From positions 133,256 through 158,613 of the IMG/VR virus record IMGVR_UViG_3300047444_000753: a DNA stretch of 25,358 nt. One strand, written 5' to 3'. The notes under the pieces are model-generated. The model made no database searches and had not been told where the DNA came from. It was given only the letters and a program-made list of their open reading frames with translations. Source of the stretch: a virus (taxonomy: Duplodnaviria; Heunggongvirae; Uroviricota; Caudoviricetes). A program made the position numbers and the translations under genes. Every line of letters starts with the position of its first letter. Position 1 is the stretch's first letter. This document shows positions 18,001 to 24,240 of the stretch, one piece after another.

Positions 18001-20048
18001 CACTCGCGGCACAGTCCATCACGGCTACTGCACTAGCTGCTCAAAGCATCACTGCCACGGCGCTTGCGGCAGGGTCGATCACTGCATCAGCTCTGGCGGC
18101 ACAGTCCATCACGGCTACTGCACTAGCTGCTCAAAGCATTACTGCATCAGCTCTGGCCGCGCAGAGCATTACGGCTACAGCCCTCGCAGCCGGATCCATC
18201 ACGGCCTCAGCGCTCGCCGCACAGTCCATCACGGCGACGGCACTGGCAGCTGGGTCAATTACGGCCAGTGCGCTTGCAGCCCAGTCAATCACAGCTACGG
18301 CTCTCGCGGCCCAGAGCATCACGGCCAGTGCACTGGCCGCTCAGAGCATCACCGCGACAGCTCTGGCGGCGGGATCGATCACTGCAAGCGCCCTCGCTGC
18401 CCAGTCGATCACAGCTACGGCTCTTGCCGCACAGATCATTACTGCCAGCGCCCTTGCTGCAGATAGTGTTACAGCGTCAGCCATTGCCACAGGAGCTGTA
18501 ACTGCCGACTCCATCGCGGCGGGATCAATCACGGCATCAGCACTTGGTGCCGCGTCTGTCACGGCCTCTGCAATCAAGGCCGGATCCATCACGGCATCCT
18601 CCGGCATCATCGCCGACATCACCGCTGACGCGATCCAGTCCGGAACACTCAGCGCCAATTTCGTCACCATCGGTTCGGGTACGAACGCCCTCTCGGATGC
18701 CGGATTCAACAGCACGCAGATCACGAATGCCCGAACAGCGCTGTCTTCCGGAGGAACCGCTGGTTGGGTTATCGCCAATGGTACGTCTTCGGGGCTGAAG
18801 AAGGCTACCAGAACTACAACCACTACCTCGGACACCTTCTCCTATCTTGTAGATCCACACACCTACGCCAATGCCGGTCAACTCATTCCGTGTGTGGCAG
18901 GTCAGGTATGGACACTGAAGGCCGACACAACTACTAGTGCATCTGCTGCTGCGATTACCTTCCAAGCATACACAGCCAAGGCTGACGGAACCGTAACTAC
19001 TACAGCCATCACAACCACATCCATCTCCACTACTGCCCAGCGCCCGGTCTCTGCGACTTACACGATTCCGGCAGGCGTCACCGGCTTTATGATTGGCCTC
19101 AAGTGCAATACTTCAGGCGTCACATGGTCCGTACACGGTAATGCCTATGTCGGCCAGCAGGTTACTGGAGATCTGATTGTCAATGGTGCTATTGACGGTA
19201 AGACCATTACTGGTGCCCAAATCCAGACTGCTAGCTCCGGTGCCAGAATTACGCTTAATAACGCAGGACTCAATGGCTGGGATGCGAGCGGAAACAACTA
19301 CCTACAGGCTAACCCAGACGGAATCGTCGTAACAGGAACAGTCAGCGCGAGTGGTATTGGTTGGAACGGAATAAGCCGGTATGGCTTGAGTGCCGTTGTT
19401 GGACCTACGGCAATGCAGAACCTCCCCGGACTGCAGACACAACAAGGATATCTACCCGGATATGGTCCTCCGGATGCAGCCCCCGGAATTGGCTTCTTCC
19501 CGGATGGCGAGACCATGACTACCGTAGCCGGTCTGGGATCCACCGATGGGTTCAACGCAATCCTCTCGGCAGGTAATAACGGAGCTACAGGAGTTCAGGT
19601 TCCGTCCATCATATTGGATGGCAATGGCATCACACTGAATGGGCATGTGGGTGCAACAGATATTAGTATGAGTAGTGGCTATGTCACCACCACGCAATAC
19701 TTCACCCCATTGCAACCTGCAGGCTGGACTATTCAGGGGACTGTGTATCTTGATACCTCTAACACCGACTCCCGAGTATTGATGACAATCAAGGCCATAC
19801 GAACTGGCGGCACTATTAGCATGCCAGCGGGGTCCTATACCTCGATTGGAACTATTGTGCCAACCAATTGCCGAAGTTCTAATGGTGTACAGGCATATAG
19901 CCCCGGTCTATTGACTGGTGGTACATCTCCAGCTAAAACAACCACATTTATTAACCCCTCAACGGGGCAGCTACTTGTGATGCCTGATGTGGCCCAAACA
20001 GTTGCAAATAACTGGGCGCTTACGTTTACGCACGCATGGACAATGTAG
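15033..20048 (+). CDS. Large repeat-rich tail fibre / minor tail protein
   Basis: Probable start is TTG 15033 (GAGG at 15023-15026); the ORF track gives 15009. Order of parts: Fn3-like domain (DTTPPSAP...WLTALDTNGNES), Trp-containing knuckle, heptad repeat, second knuckle, decapeptide repeat, jelly-roll/CBM-like region, GKTITGAQIQTASSGARI segment, C-terminal tip. Confidence 0.85.
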   Translation: MLVRRITPSMHGLAEALRSIDKNAKQQGTAPVGSIVINEDQTLSTMDPDTGVSAVFGLQDDGSVGFKQFLGDTTPPSAPTAPAVSSSAGISLIGWDGLFGDGSLAPADYDHCNVYGQKVGDTVSVLVGSVINPGDTISYAGGVPGDSWTFWLTALDTNGNESDISPTTTAKIASVLDDTGLSQALADNTKAIDDANTAIALKSSILSASAAPSGSHNVNDIWFNTSEGNKPYRWNGSAWVTTEDQAAIDAKAAALDAQNVAVSANTAATNAQNVAVSAQNTGVSAQNTAVSANNLAISAQNTAVSAQNIAVSAQSTAVSANNLAASVNSTAVSANNVAASAQSAAISANNTAISAQNTAVSANNAAASAQATANSVNSIAVSANNTAISANNTAISANNTAISAQNTAVSANTAAISAQNIAASANTVAASANSTAISAQNTAISAQNTAVSANNTAISANNVAASAQTAAASATSTAISANNTAISANNVAASANTTAASAQSVAASANTVAASANSTAISAGNTAVSANNVAASAQSTATSAQSAAVSAQNVAASANALATTANNTANSAQVIANGKNHIFLTSSTPTASADGDMWVDLGNGRTLKSWSASSTAWIPTIQNGAITATQIAADTIVAGNIAAGAITASELAANSVSASALAANSITATALAAGSITASALAAQSITATALAAQSITATALAAGSITASALAAQSITATALAAKSITASALAAGSITATALAVGSITASALAAQSITATALAAQSITASAMAAGSISATALQAGSVAASTLAAQSITATALAAQSITASALAAQSITATALAAGSITASALAAQSITASALAAQSITASAMAAGSISATALQAGSVAASTLAAQSITATALAAQSITATALAAGSITASALAAGSITASALAAQSITASALAANSITASAIAAGAVMASELAAGSVTATALAAQSITATALAAQAITASAMAAGSISATALQVGSVAASTLAAQSITATALAAQSITATALAAGSITASALAAQSITATALAAQSITASALAAQSITATALAAGSITASALAAQSITATALAAGSITASALAAQSITATALAAQSITASALAAQSITATALAAGSITASALAAQSITATALAAQIITASALAADSVTASAIATGAVTADSIAAGSITASALGAASVTASAIKAGSITASSGIIADITADAIQSGTLSANFVTIGSGTNALSDAGFNSTQITNARTALSSGGTAGWVIANGTSSGLKKATRTTTTTSDTFSYLVDPHTYANAGQLIPCVAGQVWTLKADTTTSASAAAITFQAYTAKADGTVTTTAITTTSISTTAQRPVSATYTIPAGVTGFMIGLKCNTSGVTWSVHGNAYVGQQVTGDLIVNGAIDGKTITGAQIQTASSGARITLNNAGLNGWDASGNNYLQANPDGIVVTGTVSASGIGWNGISRYGLSAVVGPTAMQNLPGLQTQQGYLPGYGPPDAAPGIGFFPDGETMTTVAGLGSTDGFNAILSAGNNGATGVQVPSIILDGNGITLNGHVGATDISMSSGYVTTTQYFTPLQPAGWTIQGTVYLDTSNTDSRVLMTIKAIRTGGTISMPAGSYTSIGTIVPTNCRSSNGVQAYSPGLLTGGTSPAKTTTFINPSTGQLLVMPDVAQTVANNWALTFTHAWTM
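15801..16766 (+). repeat. 21-bp / heptad repeat, 46 units, consensus A-[NQ]-[NST]-[TVA]-A-[IVA]-S
   Basis: Counted from the translation (AQNVAVS ... ANNTAIS ... AQVIANG). The register is unbroken and codons are diverged. Confidence 0.95.
16899..18600 (+). repeat. 30-bp / decapeptide repeat, about 57 units, consensus A-[QG]-S-I-T-A-[ST]-A-L-A
   Basis: An Ile/Val codon ends every 30 nt from 16910 to 18590 with no indel. Confidence 0.95.
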
Positions 20049-20073
20049 CCTCTTACACAGAAAGAACACACCT

Positions 20074-20337
20074 ATGTCTTACTCTACTCAAGCCCTTATG
20101 GCACGTGATGATGCCCTATTGCTGCGGGTGACTGCTTGCGCAGCGGATGAAGGTCTCGACAACCCTGAGGCATGGGCTTGGTCCCGCCAATGGCAGATCT
20201 CAGCCCAGCCCGGATGGGATGCTGCGTACTCCTACGCAATTACAGCAAACAACCCAAATCCCGGAGATGACGCTGGAGTAATTACCGACGCAATGATTCT
20301 TTCAGCAGTACAAAGCCTCAAAGCAGCGACCCCGTAA
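20074..20337 (+). CDS. Small protein downstream of the tail fibre (possible fibre chaperone or virion protein)
   Basis: The start is placed at ATG 20074 (AGAAAG upstream), giving 87 aa. Motifs RVTACAA, QPGWDAAY and VITDAMILSAVQ. The function is inferred from position. Confidence 0.7.
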   Translation: MSYSTQALMARDDALLLRVTACAADEGLDNPEAWAWSRQWQISAQPGWDAAYSYAITANNPNPGDDAGVITDAMILSAVQSLKAATP

Positions 20338-20361
20338 ATTTGGCAGCAGGTCATTCACAGT

Positions 20362-20371
20362 AGGATATACT
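20362..20371 (+). promoter_or_regulatory. Probable -10 promoter element for the non-structural genes
   Basis: AGGATATACT followed by ATA, in an intergenic gap. It shares GATATACTATA with the capsid promoter at 1419-1429. Confidence 0.55.
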
Positions 20372-20400
20372 ATAGCTGTGTATACGACGAAAGGACAGAA

Positions 20401-20613
20401 ATGTCAAGTCTTCCCCAACTAGATTTCACTAAAATTGAGCAAAAGCTTTTGGCAAAACTCTCTGAAGCAACATCACAGGTAGTCCGTCTTGAGACGCTGG
20501 CAGAAGCCCTCCGTGATTCTCGGGACGTCATTGAGCGCGAGCGTGATGATTTGGCCCGACTACTAGAGGAATTGCGCCAGCAGGCCAGCCCCGATACCCC
20601 GGATGGACAGTAA
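20401..20613 (+). CDS. Hypothetical coiled-coil protein
   Basis: 70 aa with a GAAAGGA RBS, rich in L/E/R heptads. Confidence 0.75.
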   Translation: MSSLPQLDFTKIEQKLLAKLSEATSQVVRLETLAEALRDSRDVIERERDDLARLLEELRQQASPDTPDGQ

Positions 20614-20615
20614 CT

Positions 20616-21092
20616 ATGCAGTATGCAGTAAAAGACGGGGTACGTACCCTAAAATTTGAAGGTGAGCTCCTTGCCCAGAGCTCCAGTCGTATCGGATCCC
20701 GACCGCGCTGGGTGGAGTTTTACCTCTTCCGCACGACCACGGGAATCTACGTCATTTCCCGTATCGGGGTTAGCCGTTTCTACCATAGCGGAGACTGCTC
20801 CGTAGTGTCAAGGAACCGCCTCAGCGCCATTGACGAGTCTGAGCTTTCCGTGGATGCCATGCCGTGTACCGAGTGCCGACCCACCCGCATGGATGTCGAT
20901 GGTGTATATCCTGAGACCCCACGCTATTGGGCACAGCACTCGGAAAAGCCCCGTGGTATCGTAGCATCTTTGATGAAGTACGATGATAACGGCATCGAGT
21001 ACCTTACCAATGTGGCCCGTCGCCTGCTTGAGGACGCCGCCGAAGTCGATGCAGGCCTTGCTGACGCCTTCTACAACGACACTCTGGAGTAG
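20616..21092 (+). CDS. Hypothetical protein with a possible Zn site (HxxxC...CxxC)
   Basis: 158 aa, tightly packed after the previous gene. Contains HSGDC and CTECRP. Confidence 0.75.
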   Translation: MQYAVKDGVRTLKFEGELLAQSSSRIGSRPRWVEFYLFRTTTGIYVISRIGVSRFYHSGDCSVVSRNRLSAIDESELSVDAMPCTECRPTRMDVDGVYPETPRYWAQHSEKPRGIVASLMKYDDNGIEYLTNVARRLLEDAAEVDAGLADAFYNDTLE

Positions 21093-21118
21093 ACAACTGC
21101 GTGTCCTTCGGCTAAAGT
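21090..21118 (+). promoter_or_regulatory. SigA-type promoter candidate
   Basis: TAGACA (21090-21095), a 17-bp spacer, then TAAAGT (21113-21118). Confidence 0.5.
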
Positions 21119-21142
21119 CGGAAGACCTACGAAAGGACACTT

Positions 21143-21898
21143 GTGTACATTCACCTTGACACAACGAACGACTTCATCGTTCAGGCCGTGCTCACAAGGA
21201 TGCGGGAAGAATGCCCCGAAGACATCATCCTCACAGATACCGAAGCGATCTTCGAGCACACCTACGAACCGGGTAAGGGTATTCATGTGCTTCAGCACGG
21301 AATCCTCCCGGTCTTCGAGGAGGTCTCGCTGGAGCGCTGGTACCACCTGTTTCTCGCGTCCCGTGGTGCCCGTCTCTGGACTGAGACAGATGTCAAGACG
21401 GTTGCGCCCACCCACGCGGGCACCATTCTGCGCACCGAGGCCGGGATCAACAAGATCGTGGTCGATGCTGTCTACTCCGAAAACCGGGCCAAGCTTTTTC
21501 AGTCCTACGGTGTCAACTATATCGGTCGCACCTACGGGGACCCTCGCACGGCAGTGCTGGTAGACTACAAGCGGGACAAGACACACAACCCCACCAACGA
21601 CCTGCAGATCAAGGCCCTGCTGACGGCATTGCCGGAGGATGCTTGGACGTCCGAGGAACCTCACGACTGGGGCACCTTCGGTATCATCAGTACGTCGAAT
21701 CCTGACAAGCTCGCGGAATTCATGGACCTCCTCTCGGAGACCAACATTCTGGCCTACTCCACCGGAGCCGTCGCGAAGATGAAGTACATCGGGCGGGACT
21801 ACGGGCACATTGCGTCCCCGCGATCGGACAAGAAGTACGGACTAGAGATCCGTGAAGTGGCCAGCCGCATGAAGGCAACCGAGCTCAATAACGTTTGA
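21143..21898 (+). CDS. Hypothetical protein, possibly a degenerate nucleotide kinase-like / UDG-fold-like fusion
   Basis: GTG start with a GAAAGGA RBS, 251 aa, typical codon use. The family resemblance is tentative (see findings). Confidence 0.6.
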   Translation: MYIHLDTTNDFIVQAVLTRMREECPEDIILTDTEAIFEHTYEPGKGIHVLQHGILPVFEEVSLERWYHLFLASRGARLWTETDVKTVAPTHAGTILRTEAGINKIVVDAVYSENRAKLFQSYGVNYIGRTYGDPRTAVLVDYKRDKTHNPTNDLQIKALLTALPEDAWTSEEPHDWGTFGIISTSNPDKLAEFMDLLSETNILAYSTGAVAKMKYIGRDYGHIASPRSDKKYGLEIREVASRMKATELNNV

Positions 21899-21928
21899 CC
21901 AAGAAAAGCAATATACTAAAGGAAAATA

Positions 21929-23764
21929 GTGCCGCTCCATAACGATACTCAACTGTATCTTGTAAACACTATCGAAGATGTTTACCGAATGAGGCAATGG
22001 CTCCGTCAGTCCCGGGAGGTCTTGGGTGTCGATACCGAGACCTCCGGGCTTGACGCCTTCGCCCCCAATGCCGAGCTCCGGATGATCCAGATCGGTGACA
22101 CCCGTACCGGCTGGGCCGTACCGTTCCAGCGCTGGGGCGGAGCTGCGCTTGAATGTCTTGACGCATGGGGCGGAGAGTACGTTGCCCACAACCTGCCCTT
22201 CGACGCCACATGGCTCAAGCGGCACGCCGGGTGGGAGATCCCGTGGGAGCGTGCCCACGACTCCGCCATCATGGCTCGTATCGACCGTCCCAACAAGAAT
22301 GCTGGCCTCAAGGAGGTCACGACAGAACTGATCGACTCCAGCGCTGCGGACGGAGAGAAGGCCCTCAAGGCTGCGTTCAAGCGAAACGGCTGGGACTGGG
22401 ACACGGTTCCGATCGACTTTGAGGATTACTGGTTCTACGCGGCATTGGATCCGATCCTTGCGGCCCAGCTGTTCAGCTACTTCCGGACGGACAAGAAGTA
22501 CCCGCAGGTCTATGACATGGAGATGGCCGTCCAGCGCGTCACATGGAAGATGCAGCACCGGGGCATGCGCGTGGATACCGACTACTCGCAGGTCAAGTTC
22601 AACGAGCTGACCACGCTGGTGGATCGGAACATGGACTTCGCGGAAAAGAACTGGGGCATCGAGCTCACGTCCAACCCGCAGCTGGCCGAATATCTCCTGA
22701 GTCTTGGGGCCGAATTCACCAAGTGGGGTGAGAAGAGCGGTGTCCCGTCCGTGGACAAGGAACAGATGGGCAGGCTGATGCTCTCGGAGGATTTCCGGAT
22801 CCGGGACGCGGCCAAGATGGTCATCGAAACCCGCAGTGCCTCCAAGCTTAGCAGTGCCTACTTCGGCAACTTCCTGAGCATGAACAACGACGGCATTGTC
22901 CACCCAAGCATCCGCACACTCGGTGCCCGCACCGGGCGCATGTCCGTGACCACGCCTGCCCTACAGACCATCCCGCGTGGTGACGCGCTGGTCCGGGACG
23001 CGTTCATTCCGACTAACGAGGACGAACGGATCGTCTCCTGCGACTACTCACAGGTGGAGATGCGCCTGCTGGCCCACTTCTCCCGTGACCCCAAATTGCA
23101 AAACGCTTTCAAGGAAGCCGACGCGACAGGTGGTGACTTCTTCGTCACGCTGGGCCGTGAGATCTACAACGACCCCAGCTTCTCGAAGAAGGACCCGCGC
23201 CGTGGTCTGGTGAAGAGCACGCTCTACGGAGCCGCCTACGGCTCTGGAATCCAGAAGATGGCTGATACTGCCGGGGTGACCCTCGATCAGATGACACAGG
23301 TCTCCCAGAGCGTGTTTGCGGCCTTCCCGGGGATCAAGAGCTTCATGAAGGAAATCGAAGCCGTTGGTAAGGCCCGCGAGCGATCCGAAGGACAGGGCTA
23401 CATCCTGACTCCTTCAGACCGTCGCTTGCCATGTGATGACGGCATGGTCTATGCCCTGACCAACTACATGCTCCAAGGCACTGCCGCAGAGCTGATGAAG
23501 AAGGCCATCCTGAGGCTCGACGCGGCAGGCTATACCCAGTTTATGCGGATGCCCATACATGACGAAATGGTCTTCTCCCTCCCCATGGCTGGACATGAGG
23601 ATGCTATGAAGGAGATTGAGGAACTTATGTCCTACTGTAACGGGGAATTTGGCGTGGATCTTCCCGCCGAGCCCGAAGGACCCCTCGAACGCTGGGGATC
23701 CAAGTACCGCAAGGAAGGTGAAATCTTTGGCTACGACGCGGACAGCCTCCTCACAGCAGCCTAA
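21929..23764 (+). CDS. polA: DNA polymerase, family A (3'-5' exonuclease plus polymerase, no 5'-3' exonuclease)
   Basis: ExoI VDTETSGL, ExoII HNLPFD, ExoIII YAALD; ARTGRMS; motif A CDYSQVEMRLLAH, motif B RGLVKSTLYGAAYG, motif C IHDE. AAAGGA RBS before the GTG. Confidence 0.97.
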   Translation: MPLHNDTQLYLVNTIEDVYRMRQWLRQSREVLGVDTETSGLDAFAPNAELRMIQIGDTRTGWAVPFQRWGGAALECLDAWGGEYVAHNLPFDATWLKRHAGWEIPWERAHDSAIMARIDRPNKNAGLKEVTTELIDSSAADGEKALKAAFKRNGWDWDTVPIDFEDYWFYAALDPILAAQLFSYFRTDKKYPQVYDMEMAVQRVTWKMQHRGMRVDTDYSQVKFNELTTLVDRNMDFAEKNWGIELTSNPQLAEYLLSLGAEFTKWGEKSGVPSVDKEQMGRLMLSEDFRIRDAAKMVIETRSASKLSSAYFGNFLSMNNDGIVHPSIRTLGARTGRMSVTTPALQTIPRGDALVRDAFIPTNEDERIVSCDYSQVEMRLLAHFSRDPKLQNAFKEADATGGDFFVTLGREIYNDPSFSKKDPRRGLVKSTLYGAAYGSGIQKMADTAGVTLDQMTQVSQSVFAAFPGIKSFMKEIEAVGKARERSEGQGYILTPSDRRLPCDDGMVYALTNYMLQGTAAELMKKAILRLDAAGYTQFMRMPIHDEMVFSLPMAGHEDAMKEIEELMSYCNGEFGVDLPAEPEGPLERWGSKYRKEGEIFGYDADSLLTAA

Positions 23765-24212
23765 ATACCTGCTATCCATCGACCCCGGTCTGGCGACCGG
23801 CGTTGCCTTCATGGACATCGAGGACCCCATGGACCCCATCATTATCGGGTCATGGGAGCTTACCCCCGAGGAATTTTATCAAAGGGTAGAGGAAATTATC
23901 TCGGCCCACGGATCGAATGTTCTGGTGGTAATTGAGCGGTACATTATCACGGAAGCGACGGGCAAGAAATCCGCCCAGCCGTGGTCTCTGGAGCTAATTG
24001 GTGTCACCCGTAAGGAATGCTGGAAATACGGGGCGCGACTGGTTCTGCAAAAGCCCAGTGAGAAGGAATTTGCAACTCCGGAGAAACTCCGGTATGTCGG
24101 ATTCTGGCATGTCGGCGGTGAAGGACACGCAAATGACGCCTTCCGTCACGCGCTTATCTATTTGAACAATAGGTATGCTAGGTGGGGGCAAAAACTGCGC
24201 GGTATGGTATGA
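23727..24212 (+). CDS. RuvC-like Holliday junction resolvase
   Basis: SIDPG, VVIE and HANDAFRH motifs. The start is placed at TTG 23727 after AAGGAAGG, overlapping the polymerase by 38 bp, rather than at 23616. Confidence 0.85.
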   Translation: MATTRTASSQQPKYLLSIDPGLATGVAFMDIEDPMDPIIIGSWELTPEEFYQRVEEIISAHGSNVLVVIERYIITEATGKKSAQPWSLELIGVTRKECWKYGARLVLQKPSEKEFATPEKLRYVGFWHVGGEGHANDAFRHALIYLNNRYARWGQKLRGMV

Positions 24213-24240
24213 TTGAAACTTCGAATGACGAAAGAAAAAG

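Noticed and set aside
15801-18600. Possible CRISPR array or non-coding repeat array
   Set aside because: The repeats are contiguous in-frame units (21 and 30 bp) that vary at synonymous sites. There are no unique spacers and no cas genes.
15033-20337. Diversity-generating retroelement or invertible fibre-tip system
   Set aside because: No reverse transcriptase or invertase, and no adenine-mismatched template/variable repeat pair or inverted tip cassette was seen in the window.
21895-21917. TTGACC...TATACT as a canonical -35/-10 pair
   Set aside because: The spacer is only 11 bp. Only the -10-like word was retained.
21929-23764. Z-base-specific polymerase (DpoZ) assignment
   Set aside because: Some actinophage family A polymerases are DpoZ, but no purZ or dATPase gene is in this window and I cannot identify diagnostic residues by eye. 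It needs a phylogeny and the rest of the genome.
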